A DNA stretch of 64,000 nt from Heteronotia binoei (taxonomy: Eukaryota): contig NC_083228.1 of the NCBI RefSeq assembly GCF_032191835.1, positions 71,982,001 through 72,046,000 on the forward strand, written 5' to 3'. A program made the translations under genes and the position numbers. Below, piece after piece: positions 23,290 to 34,854 of the stretch. Under the pieces are notes generated by a model. It searched no databases. It saw only the letters and a list, made by a program, of their open reading frames with translations, and was not told the DNA's origin. The stretch's first letter is position 1. Each line of letters opens with the position of its first letter.

Positions 23290-23672
23290 TTCCATTCACT
23301 AAAATTATGCATGGGATGGAGAGAGTTGACAAAGACATTTTTTTATCCCTCTCCCAAAATAGCAGAACTCAAGAGCATCCAATGAAACTGATGGTCAGAG
23401 GGTAAAGTAATGGCCTCAAGAATGAATAGCTGTTAAAGGGAATTAGATAGATTCATGGAGATGTCTGTTAATGGGTACTAGCCTTGATGACTGAGGGGGA
23501 CCTCCACATACAGAGGCATTGATCCTTTGAATCCCAGACCAGGAGGCAACATCAGGGGAAGGCCTCCGCCTCTATGTCCTGTTGGCTGTTCAGAGGAACA
23601 GGTCGGTCACTGTGTGAGACAGGATGGAAGACTAGATGAACCGCTGGTCTGATCCAGCAGGGCTGTAATGTT
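23290..23672 (+). mobile_element. Degraded CR1 3' fragment
   Basis: MHGMERVDKDIFLSLSQNSRTQEHPMKL, followed by a CR1-type 3'UTR (gactagatgaaccgctggtctgatccagcagggct..). Confidence 0.7.
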
Positions 23673-25359
23673 CACTACAGCATCAGGTATGATTTTGTAT
23701 ATAAATTGTTCACGAATGGAGCAGAAAGCAGGGGTTTAAAGGGAGTCCAAGCGGAACTCCCTGCCTTCTGTTCCCTGTGAAAACCACAAAAACAGCTCTG
23801 CAGCAGTGAGGCACTCCCCACCACTCAGAAGTTTCAGGCTACAAACCATGACTGGTTCAGTTCACAAACAAAACCCTTTGGTTAAGTTCATGGAACCATG
23901 AGCTGAGATGAACTGCATTTTCCCAGTACATGTCCATCCCTACTTCTGCACATTTAGATCTCTTACTGATGCTGAAGTGAATGGGAAACTCCAGTTTGCA
24001 TATAAGCTTTAGGTTGTGTTTCTGGGAGGGAAAGATGTCTACTCTTATATTTAGGAAAGAAGAGGAAGGAAAATTGGAAGGGGTGGTTAGACGTAAAGTA
24101 GAAGCTGTAATCATCCAAGGACAGTTAGGCCTTCCACATCCTCCAGTTTAACTGGATTACAGATGGGAAATGATTTCTTTTTGCTTGTGTTCCAATATGC
24201 TCCACATGCTGCTTTGTCTGCCTTCTGGATTAATTTATAAATGTTCTAAAATTAATTTTGGAAAATAGCTCAGGTTTGCAGGAGTTCTGAGTATGTGCAT
24301 TTTATTTTACCATTATTGTGCTCCAGTGCGCTGGTGAAATCACAGAGCAAAAGTAGTCTTCTTGTGATTGCCCATATTTATGTCAGCATCTCCTTATGCA
24401 TTGTGATTGATTATAAACATGTTTAATTAAATAACAGAGTAAAAATGAGTTGTAATAGGATCAGGACCTGATTGTATAATCACCTCAAGACTTATTTGTG
24501 CTTTGTGATTTTCATTAATGCATACATGTGTTGCAGTGCAAGAGAAACACCTGCCCAAAAGGGGGTGTGGGAGAAAAAAAATGGTAAACTACATATTCTA
24601 AACAGTCTAGTAATCAAAAATGGGAGAATGGCGGGTAGCCAATCTATCAGTTTCACTTTGGAAAGACAATTATGTGGAACTCAAACATCTTGGGAGTCTG
24701 GATGGGAAGAATTTTCATAAGCAACCCTAATTGAAGTCTACATATTGTTAAAATACGAACAGACATTTGAAATATTCTGTAAGGTCTTAATTAATTGTGT
24801 CTATGACTTTTCGGTAGGTTGCAGCATTTTATCTGGTGTGTATTTGCAGCTAGAGATAAAGCAGAGTCTAACTTTTCTAGCTGTGCAAGTGAAAAAGTAA
24901 AAAACATTGGGAGAAAATGTACAGGCAACTAACTCTTATTTTCTTTTTTTTCTTACTGACTATATTGTTGAATTTTGAATTGAATTTCAGCTGTAAGCAA
25001 TAACAAAATTTTGCACAAACCAAAACTGTTTTGGCATATTATTGGACACCTTCAGATAAGTAACTGGTATCATTCTACTCTCTGGACCAATGCAAATATC
25101 AAAAGTGTACATTAATTAATATACAAGAATGGGGCTAAGAAGAAATTATTAGGGGCAATGAAATCACATTTCCCCCTTGATTTTAATGCAACAATTCATT
25201 GAGATTTGTAGAATTCTAATTGTATTCAAGGCCAGGCTCATTCTGTGGATCTGTTCACAGGAACAGGGATTGATGTACTTGCTTTTAGTTAAATAGTCAT
25301 GTATATCCTTCAATACCAAAGAAGAGTAACTGGAGTTGGAGTCAAAGCTTTGTTTAAAT

Positions 25360-25741
25360 CAGGGGTGGCTAAACTTTCTTAATGTAAGAATAATATAGAA
25401 TAAACGTCAGAGAGCAGCAAGNNNNNNNNNNNNNNNNNNNNNNNNNNNNNNNNNNNNNNNNNNNNNNNNNNNNNNNNNNNNNNNNNNNNNNNNNNNNNNN
25501 NNNNNNNNNNNNNNNNNNNNNNNNNNNNNNNNNNNNNNNNNNNNNNNNNNNNNNNNNNNNNNNNNNNNNNNNNNNNNNNNNNNNNNNNNNNNNNNNNNNN
25601 NNNNAACTAACTTGGAGAAGTGATTTAAAGAGACAAATGACTTTTCCAAGCCAGCTGACAGGGTGGTAGGGGCTCTGAGAGCCATAAGGTATGAATGAAA
25701 GAGCCACATTTGACTCCTGAGTGGCCGTTTGGCCACCCCTA
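25360..25741. mobile_element. hAT MITE (TIR CAGGGGTGGCCAAAC-like) with 8-bp TSD GTTTAAAT; contains an assembly gap
   Basis: GTTTAAAT at 25352-25359 and 25742-25749. Ends caggggtggctaaact / gtttggccaccccta. Related ends at ~50050 and ~59285. Confidence 0.85.
25422..25604. other. Assembly gap (183 N)
   Basis: Run of n. Confidence 0.99.
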
Positions 25742-26014
25742 GTTTAAATGTAAATCAATGTACAGTATGTTACGGGTAGGTGTGACAGACTGCACTTTTA
25801 ATAAACTTAGACATGAAGTAGAAATAGTTAAAGGACCGTGAAGAGTTAATTCTTCACAGAAACAGAAGCCTTAAGTGACATGCTGCTCCAAGCAATCTGA
25901 TTGGTTAGCATCAGCTGAGCAGTGAAAGTCTTGAGAGAGCTGCAAGCTGAGGAAAGGGTCAGATTACTTCCTTGACTGAGTTGAATGCTGACAATCTAAT
26001 TTCAGTCTTAGCTG

Positions 26015-26438
26015 TGAAGGGGAGCCCCTGAATAATTAATTAATACCCCCAATAATAGTAATTGCTATATTGAATAAGAGCATGCTTTGTCTTAACGATG
26101 TCTGCTGTAATTTTCCATTAAAGAGGTGAGAGCAGAGCAGGTGTGTGTCTGAAGCTGGCTAACTAACATAAGAGAAATAGCCTCCTACAGGTGACTTGCA
26201 GTGATAGATAAGTAAGGAAACTTAGTCATGGAATTTTACCAGGGGGAACTTAGTGGAGGCGGAACCCTTTGAAATAAGCTGTGTGCCTGCCTGCTTGTTT
26301 TCTGTGTGAATAAAACTGTCTGTATGTAGAATGATTTTTTGCGGCCCATGCTCGACTGGGTCCTACCTTCTGGTACCAGAAAGTAAACCTTGCTTCATAC
26401 CAGTAAGTCTGTGCGGACCTCGTTATTTCTCTGCTTCA
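26015..26438 (+). mobile_element. ERV 5' LTR (424 bp)
   Basis: TGAAGGGG...CTGCTTCA; AATAAA at ~26309. The 3' half is homologous to 30545-30758. Flanks GCTG (26011-26014) / ACTG (30759-30762) form a 4-bp TSD with 1 mismatch. Confidence 0.7.
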
Positions 26439-27004
26439 TATTTCAGGGAAATAACGGGGTAGGACATTTCCTTCCCCTTGGGGTGGCTGCATAATTGTCT
26501 GCCTTCCATCCTCGTGGTGGGAAGATTGGACTAGGCACCACGGTCACATTTTTGATTGAGTCCAGCTCTCTCTGCCCTGATGGGGGAAGGTGTCCGGTTC
26601 ACCAACCAAGGTCCCGCACCTGGTTGAACCGATGCATCCAGGGAATCAGAAGATCTTCAGGATTGTGAGTATGAACTGTCTGGGAATTCTGACTATCTCT
26701 CCTTAGGAGAGATGAAGGGTCTGATCACTCATTAAGCTCTGTCTGTTAGGCTCCTCTTTGGAGCTGAAGCACAGAAGCTAGGATCTGGGAGGATTTCTGT
26801 GGTGTGTGTGCATGTGTGAATGTGAGGAAGCGAAGCCTCTAAGTGAGAGGGACTTTCTCTTGTGCAGTTCCCAGTAGGGCGACCTCACTGAGTCACAAGA
26901 GAGAGAAAGTGAAAACCCCCAGGGCTCCCTGGCTGCCAGATCCCTTACTGGCAGCTGCTGCTTTCTGTTTTCCCTAGAAGTGTCATGTCTAAATGTCTGG
27001 TGCC

Positions 27005-28951
27005 ATGGGTGGAAATCAGTCAAAACCCCCGCTAGAGTACATGTGTAAAAACTTCAAGGAACACTTCAGTGATGATTATGGAGTCAAATTGACTCCCAGA
27101 ACTCTGAAAGTGTTATGTCAGAAAGACTGGGTGGCCTTACATGTAGAATGATCACCCGAGGGTAGCTTTGACCAAGGCTTGGTTCACAAAGTTTATAGGA
27201 GTGTAGCACAGTCCCCAAGACACGCAAGTCAGTTCCCCTACATCAACAGTTGGGCAGCAATGGTGCAGAAGTCTTACTGGTGGACAGAAAAGTTGCAGAG
27301 GATGAAGGAAAAATGGGCTCAGAGGACTGCTGCCAAAGCTGCAAGTTATGGCTTTGTGCAAAAACAATGACCCCTCCAAAGAAGAAAAAGCCCCCAGTGT
27401 TAGATGCCAAACCAGAAGACTCCTTGGCTAGTCCCCCACCATATGTTCCACTGTATCCACCTCTCCCAATGCCGCCAGCTGAAGGAGATGTCGGGGCAGC
27501 AGAAGGTGAGGCTGAAGGCAAGAGCCAAGCGCAGCTAGTTAAAAGTGCTCCAGAAACCTTTGATGAGGAGAACCAGGAAGTAGGGACGAGTGAGGAAGCC
27601 GGGGCTGTAAAAGGGTGAGCAAGATCTCTGCAAACTTTAAATCCAATCCAGCAGCTGTTTATTGAACAATCGTTCCATGCAATAGTCCCCCGATTCTCCA
27701 TGCCTGTGTATAATAGTCAGGGGATAGCTGCACGCTTCAGTTCGCCCCTAAGGTTTTCCTCCAACACTAAACTCTCTTCCAGTAGTGAGCAAACTTCCAA
27801 CCCCTCCATGGTCTCCCCCTTGACTTTTCTGGGTTTTATATCTGGTGCAGAAGGCTCTTTGCTGGGTCCCCTCCGAGAAGTCCACGTCCCACAACAGCCC
27901 AACCATGGCATTGAAACCTGATACATGTACCTTTCACTTCAAGTGATCTAGTAAATTGGAAGGCTCATACTGTAGCATTTTCTGATAATTCTACCCCAAT
28001 TACTAATCTGCTAAACAGTATTATGGCCACACATCAGCCCACCTATGCAGACTGGCAACAGCTTTTACTGGCCCTCTTTACAATAGATGAGAGAAGCCAC
28101 ATTCTGCATCATGCCCAAAAGTATGTAGAGAGAAAAGTCCCCCCAGAAACTGTAGATAGAGAGGAGTGGATAAAGGCCCATTTTCCTGCAACAGACCCAA
28201 AATGGGATCCCAATGGCCATGAGTCCAAAGAGCGCCTACCAGAATACAGGCAGGCAATCTTAGAAGGAATGAAAGAGGCCAGAAAGAAGCCTATTAATAT
28301 GTCCAAAGTCAGTGAAGTTCTCCAGAAAGCAGCCCTGGAGCTTTTGCTGAGCGTTTGATGCAAGCATTCCGAATGTATCCTCCATTCGATCCAGAGGCTG
28401 CAAAAAACGTGCTTATGGTAAATACAGCTTTTGTTACCCAATCTTATGCTGACATCCGCAAGAAGCTCCAGAAGCAAGACGGCTTTGCAGGCATGAATTT
28501 ATCCCAATTGCTAGAAATTGCCCAGAAAGTTTATGCCAATTGAGATGTAGACCAGAAACAGGAGGCAGAAAGAAAAATGAAAAAGAAGGTTAATCTGTTG
28601 GCAGCGGCTCTGGCTGGGCAGACATCTGTGAGAGGCAGAGGGGCTGCCCAGGGGCAAGGAATGAATGTCAGGAATCAAAGATCTGCAATGACTAACTTAG
28701 ACCCAAACCAGTGTGTGTACTGTGAAGAATTTGGGCAGTGGAGAGATTCATGCCCTAATCGACCCTCTCTCCGCACACAAGAGCTCCAAAGCGCCCCTAG
28801 ACAGATGACAGGACTGAAATTTAGAGGCCGTGGGAGCAGAGGAGCCAGAGGAAGGGGCAGAGGAAGAGGCCAGGTCCAGAGTGGCAGATATCGGAGGAAC
28901 GAAGAAGAGCCTGTGTATGGTCTGGCTGGACTGGAAGGATGGGAAGACTAG
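27005..28951 (+). pseudogene. gag: ERV gag (class I, gamma/epsilon-like), multiply disrupted
   Basis: MGGNQSK (myristoylation-type start); MA motifs *SPEGSF and SQFPYINSW; late domain PPPY; CA motifs THQPTYADWQQLL..LFT.DER and FVTQSYADIRKKLQK; degenerate zinc knuckle CVYCEEFGQWRDSC; ends TAG. Confidence 0.9.
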
Positions 28952-30544
28952 GACAGACCAGGCACCGATGGTCCTGGCCCCGCGGAGCCCATGGTCGCAG
29001 TTGATATTGGGGGTCAGGAGATTCCATTCCTTATAGATACTGGAGCTGCACGGTCTGTGGTGCCTGTTAAGATTGCTCCTTCAATTCACAAATACATTAA
29101 TATAATTGGAGATACAGGGCACAAGCAATCCAGACCACTTCTAGTCATACGAACTTGTACAGTAAGAGGCCATGCAGTCTGCTGCAATTTTGTCCATTTA
29201 CCCGATTGCCTGGTGCCGCTGATAGGAAGAGAATTGCTTTCTAAGTTGCGGGCCCAATAGACTTTTGAGTCAGAGAGCCTAATGAACTTTGAGCTGCCTT
29301 ACATTACCTCAGAAGGCGAACTACAGTATCAAGGTGTATATGTTTTAGAATGCCCCCGAGAAGAAGAGAGGTGGCTTTACCAACCAGCTCCTGTAATGGC
29401 CATGTCAGAAGTCTGGTTTCAACAATTTCCAGATGTATGGGCAGAGGACAACCCGCCTGGGTTAGCAGTAAACTATGCCTATCAAAATAGAATTAATCCC
29501 AGGAGCTGTTCCAGTCCGGGAACGCCAGTACCCGATTCCCAAGAAGGCAGTAGCTGGCATCCAGAAGCACCTTGACAGGCTCCTCTATTATGGGATTCTT
29601 ATTCCTCATGGAACAGTCCCCTTTTGCCAGTCCAGAAGCCAGGCACCAATGATTACAGACCAGTACAAGATTTACGCTCTGTTAATTCTTTCACACAGAC
29701 TTTGATTCCTATTGTTCCAAACCTATATGTCTTGCTGGGACTTATACCTGCCTCAGCCACTTACTTCTCAGTGGTAGTTCTCAAAAATGCGTTCTTTTGT
29801 TTAAGACTGGCACCTGAAAGTCAGCCACTGTTTGCCTTCCAGTAGAAAGAAAAAGAGACTGGTAGAAAGCTACAATATATATGGACCCGTTTACCCCAGG
29901 GGTTCAAAGATTTGCTCACCCTTTTTGGCAATGCCCTCAGTAAAGACTTGAGCCAGTTCCCAACTGTGCCAGGAGAAGTTGTGTGTCTTCAGTACGTTGA
30001 TGATACTGATAGGGGCCAAAGACTTACAGACTTGCCAAGGTGCCACTGCTGCCCTGCTAACACTTCTGACTGAGGCTGGGTATAAAGTGTCTTGGAAGAA
30101 AGCTCAGCTATGCCAAGAGACAGTGAAATTTTTAGGCTTCCATATATCCCAGGGCAGATGGCAGCTACGCAGGGAGCAAAAAGAGACTGTGTGCCCCATT
30201 TGTGTGGCCACTACCAGGCGCCAGCTAAGAGAATTCTTAGGAGCAGCAGGGTTCTGCAGAATTTGGCTCCCCAATTTTGCTATAACAGCAAAGCCCTTAT
30301 ATGAAGCCACTAAGGCGGGAGAAAAAGCACCCTTTGAATGGACGGAGCAATGTCAAAATGCCTTTGGAACCTTAAGATGCCAGCTCATGCAGGCTCCAGC
30401 TCTGGGACTACCTGATACTGACAAGCTCTTTACTCTGTATGTGCATGAATGGGAAGGAATAGCTGCAGGCGTTCTAACTCAATTGCTGAAATTTTGGGCC
30501 AGACCAGTAGCATATCTGTCTAAACAACTGGACAATGTGGCCAA
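28952..30544 (+). pseudogene. pol: ERV pro-pol (protease, RT, start of RNase H); truncated before integrase
   Basis: In frame after the gag TAG: FLIDTGAARSVV (protease), [77 protein letters not shown]. It then jumps into LTR sequence. Confidence 0.92.
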
Positions 30545-30758
30545 AGGGGGAACTTAGTGGAGGCGGGACCCTTTGAAATCAGATAAACTGTGTGCCGCCT
30601 GCATATTTTCTGTGTGAATAAAACTGTCTGAATGTAGAATGATTTTAACTCAGTCATTTTGGGGCCCGTGCCCGACTGGGTCCTACCTTCTAGTACCAGA
30701 AAGTAAACCTCGCTTCATACCAGTAAGTCTGTGCAGACCTCGTTATTTCTCTGCTCCA
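30545..30758 (+). mobile_element. ERV 3' LTR, 5'-truncated (end of U3, R, U5)
   Basis: Aligns to 26241-26438 with 12 substitutions and 3 indels (manual count). Confidence 0.88.
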
Positions 30759-31119
30759 ACTGAGAAAAGTTCAACACAGACAGAAAATTGGAAGAAAGTT
30801 GTAAGGAAGTTTGGGAAGTTAGGCAAAGACTCCCGTTTGAGCCAAAGAAAAGGGAAAGAGCGTGTAGTCAGAAAATAATTTCCCTACCCAGTCCAACAGA
30901 GAATTAGCTCTGAAGAGTGCTGAGATCCCTGGCCTGATGTGGTTAGAAACTACCTTTAGAAATTTAAGAGTAAGTTAAAAACTCAAGACAAGTACTGGTG
31001 TTTCAAGAGAAACCTCCTGGAAATCAAAAGAGTCAGAGAATACTCAAAGAAAGTGTACTAGAGTGTTTGGGAAAACACTCTTATCAAAGCCTCTTATCAA
31101 GGTTTAAGTAACTGTGAAA

Positions 31120-31206
31120 AGAACATAAGAACATAAGAGAAGCCATGTTGGATCAGGCCAATGGCCCATCCAGTCCAACACTCTGTGTCACACAGTGGCC
31201 AAAAAA

Positions 31207-31267
<61 letters not shown>

Positions 31268-31362
31268 TGTGGCTAATAGCCACTGATGGACCTCTGCTCC
31301 ATATTTTTATCTAACCCCCTCTTGAAGCTGGCTATGCTTGTAGCCGCCACCACCTCCTGTGG
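31120..31362 (-). mobile_element. CR1 3' end with (TG)10(TA)7(CA)13 microsatellite
   Basis: Reverse complement of the same CR1 3'UTR seen at 5036-5300 and 19223; tail cataagaacataag. Confidence 0.92.
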
Positions 31363-32925
31363 TCTTAAAAACTTAAGAAACTCATTAGCCTGAAGCATAA
31401 GAAGTAAAGTCTGTGCATATACTGATTTTACCTCAGAGCTATCTGTATTGAGTTACCTCATAAATTTTCAACCCCTGATTTCACCTGACCTTTCCCCGCA
31501 AGGCTGAATAAAATATTTTGTTATTTTTGATTTAAAAAACAAACAAACCCCACCCTCAAGTGTCGCTTAAGTTGTTTAAGTTAAAGGCTCCCAATCCTTC
31601 TCTCAGGGTCCTGGGCTAAGCCAACAGCCAAAATATGTTACAGAGTGGGACAACCAGAGTTCTTCAGCAAAGAAGAAAACACATTACTAGGGAGACTCAA
31701 TCAGTAAAGGGAAAGAAAAACAGAGGGAAAATCTTGCCTCTGTAAGGGAAATAGACAGGAGGGCATCATAGTAGGCTACAAAGCACTGTACCTTTCTTTA
31801 GAAAATAACTGAAGCACAAATAGTCAAGTTGATTAATATGGGTTATTTAAACTCCAGCTTTCACTTGGCACTTTAAATTTATCCAGTCTGGAAAAAAAAT
31901 CAGAAGAGAAATTCCCATTTTGGCACGTTCATTTTTTTTTCCTGGTTCATTCTCAAATTGCTAAAAGAGTATTTGTTAACAAGAATAAACTGTAGTCATT
32001 AGTGCTCAGACTCCTAAGCAGCACTTTCTTTGCACTTAATACCTAAAACTGACATACTGGAGATCACCCAGTAGATGATTTAGAATGCAGATCACATAAG
32101 CATAGAGCATTTGAAACATGCCAATCTTCCTCTGCTTTTGCTGCCGTCTGTGATCTGGTTGTTTTCTTAATTTGTTTTGACATGACTGACAGGTCTATTC
32201 ATAACAAAAGGGAAAAGAAGAGACAATAGACAGATGTCCCCATTTATACTGCTTTTTCTTTAATGCTGCATTTCAAAATAAACTATGCACAAAGTACTAT
32301 CATTCAACCCTGAGTATGAGTCTAAGAGGATTTAAGTAATTTAGCAGTGCAGAGGTCCTTGGAGAGATCCAGATACGTGGGACTCATCCTCAGTACAATA
32401 ATGCAGTGGCTAAGCAATGCTCTATAATTAGCGTCTAGGTAATCCCATTTTTGATTTTATTTTTCTAAATGTGTTTCTTGCCCCCAGGACTGAGAAAATA
32501 TTTTTGAAGTCACAAGTATGACATAATGACATATTTTAAAAAAACAGCAACCTAAAATTGATGTTTGCAAAACCTAGCATAAGATTTCGTCTCGAATTTT
32601 GAAATAGAAATCAGTTCTTAATTAATTTGGGAATTCCACTGGTTTTTAGATGGACTATCAAAGTTACATAAACTGGTTTCACTCTGTCAGGTGTTTTTCA
32701 GTGCGGAATATTATCAAGTGTGAGTGGAGATACACTGAGAATTCTCTTAAAAGACAACATGGGGCTAATATGTTACACTCACACTTCTCAGCAGGCTGTC
32801 TCCTCAGCTAAAATCCATTTCGCTTCTGATCACCATCACCCAAGACTGTGCATCTTCCAGTTCCACATGTGTATAGCAGTTTTCTCTACACCAATTTGCA
32901 AGATGGTACATTAAAATAAAATAAA

Positions 32926-33472
32926 AGCCATGAAATTAAAAGACTTTTGGTCCTTGGGAGGACAACTATGGTGAACCTAGGCAGTATAATAAAAAGTAGA
33001 GACATCACCCTGCCAACTAAAGCCCATATAGTCAAAGCAATGGTATTAGTAATGTATGACTGTGAGAGTTGGATCATAAGGAAGGCCGAGCACAGAAGAA
33101 TAGATGCTTTCAAACTGTGGTGCTGGAGAAGAATCTTGGGAGTCCCTTGGACTGCAAGAAGATCAAATCAGTCAATCCTAAGGGAAATCAACCCTGACTG
33201 TTCCCTGGAAGGTCAGATGCTGAAGCTGAAGCTCAAATACTTTGGCCACCAAATGAGAAGGGAGCACTTACTGGAGAAGATCCTGCTGCTTGGAAAGACA
33301 GAAGGCAAAAGAAGAAGGGAACAGCAAAAGATGAGATGCCTGGACAGCATTACTGATGTAACTAACACGAATTTGAGCAGACTTTGGAAGATGGTGGAAG
33401 ACAGGAGGGCCTGGTGTGACTTTGTCCATGAGGTCGCAAAGAGTCGGACTTGACTGTGCGACTGAACAACAA
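32926..33472 (+). mobile_element. RTE-BovB LINE 3' fragment
   Basis: KSRDITLPTKAHIVKAMV, CESWIIRKAEHRRIDAFKLWCWRRIL.VPWTARRSNQSILREI, LKLKLKYFGH, and 3' end gagtcggacttgactgtgcgactgaacaacaa, all characteristic of BovB. Confidence 0.92.
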
Positions 33473-33870
33473 AATATTAATACAACACTGGAATTAGAAC
33501 AAGTCTAGAAAAGGATCTCAATGACACCTTCCTTAAAAGTTCACACAGGGAAGTATTACAGGCAAAGCAGCAACACTTCCTGGCCTTACTTGTTCTCAGG
33601 ACAGTGTGGGGCAGCTGAACAGAACTAACAGTAAGCTCTGAAAAAAAAAATCATGAATCAACAAGGGTACCCTGACACCCATCCAACATTCTTCCCCATC
33701 TCTGGAATTTCATTCCTATCTTCCCACATGTTTCCTTATAGGAAAACCATACCTCTTTGTGGCCAAGACACCGGTGGCTGCAACATAAGAAAAAGAACAT
33801 GCTATCAAGTGACAAGTGACTTATGACAACCCCAGTCACAGGGTATTTCAGGCAAGAACCAGTCTTCCTT

Positions 33871-33951
33871 GGTGGTCTCCTACCTAAGTACTGACTGTGG
33901 CTAACCCTGCTTAGCTTAGATTCCAAGCTCTGACAAGCTCAGCTGTTCGGG
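33871..33951 (-). mobile_element. 5S rRNA-derived SINE head or 5S pseudogene fragment
   Basis: ggtctcctacctaagtactgactgtggctaaccctgcttagctt...ccaagctctgacaagctc resembles the reverse complement of the 5S rRNA internal control region. Confidence 0.6.
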
Positions 33952-34022
33952 CTGCTGGCTGAAAGAAAGCTTCTCTCATCCAAGAATATTATACACCTCC
34001 ATCTCAGCGCCCCACCCCCTAA

Positions 34023-34293
34023 TTTGTTTGGTGTAGTGGTTAAGTGCGCGAACTCTTATCTGGGAGAGCTGGGTTTGATTCCCCACTCCTCCACATACAT
34101 CTGCTGGAATGGCTTTGGGTTAGCCATAGCTCTGGCAGAGGTTGTCCTTGAAAGAGCAGCTTATGTCCTTGAAAGGGCAGCCCCACCCACCTCACAGGGT
34201 GTCTGTTGTGGGGGGAGAAGATATAGGAGATTGTAAGCCACTCTGAGTTTCTGATTCATGGATAAAGGCGGGGTATAAATCTGCAATTCTTCT
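34023..34293 (+). mobile_element. Squam3-type tRNA-derived SINE (gecko-type long variant)
   Basis: Box A tggtgtagtggttaag, box B ggtttgattcc, body tgctggaatggctttgggttagccatagctc..gtccttgaaagggcagc, tail gcggggtataaat..ttcttct. Second copy on the minus strand at ~62500-62760. Confidence 0.8.
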
Positions 34294-34419
34294 AAATTTG
34301 AGGGTCTAGGTTTTGCACACAAGTAGCCAAATGTAACCAATTGTAACCAAAAGGCCTCTTCAGGGTGAGTTTTTACAGAAACTCTTCAATTTGTGGCACA
34401 GGAGTTGCTGGCTATGCAT

Positions 34420-34854
34420 TAGGGATGGGCATGAATCAAAGCACAAATTGTGATTTGTGCCTAAAATAGCTGATTCCTGGTTCATTCTGAATTGGTTCTG
34501 GTGCTTACAGTATGCATGACTTGCAAAATGAAGCAGTTTGGTTTTGGGGCAGTTTGTCTGTGTAGTTATCAGCGGGGGATCTTCCTCACACACCACAATG
34601 TGCCTGGCATGATGACATCACCTGGAAGTGACATTATCATGCCAGGCACACCAGCCCAGCAAATGTGCCCTGTGATGTCATCACACTGGGCACTCGCATC
34701 ATGCCGGTGCTTTAGCCCTCCCAAACCAAATGAACCAATGAACCATGATTTGTTCAAAAATAAAAACCACAACAAAATGAACCACCAAATGGGGTAAACC
34801 AATGAAACATGAAATGAAATGAACCACCATTTTTACATTCCGTGCCCATCCCTA
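34420..34854. mobile_element. hAT MITE (TIR TAGGGATGGGCA) with perfect 8-bp TSD CTATGCAT
   Basis: CTATGCAT at 34412-34419 and 34855-34862; ends tagggatgggca / tgcccatcccta; internal imperfect palindrome near 34570-34620. Confidence 0.88.

Larger units (their letters stand above)
25768..31626 (+). mobile_element. Putative outer solo-LTR-like element (25768-26014 + 30759-31626) split by the ERV and a CR1
   Basis: TGTT start, ..AACA end, AATAAA near 31507 and ~0.9 kb net length. The sequence reads through if the ERV is removed (cagtcttagctg|agaaaagttc). No convincing TSD, so boundaries are uncertain. Confidence 0.4.

Noticed and set aside
27140-29850. TGG-to-stop changes in the ERV as APOBEC-type hypermutation
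   Set aside because: Only two clear cases (about 27149 and 29843), and other stops are CpG-type. Too few to claim a signature.
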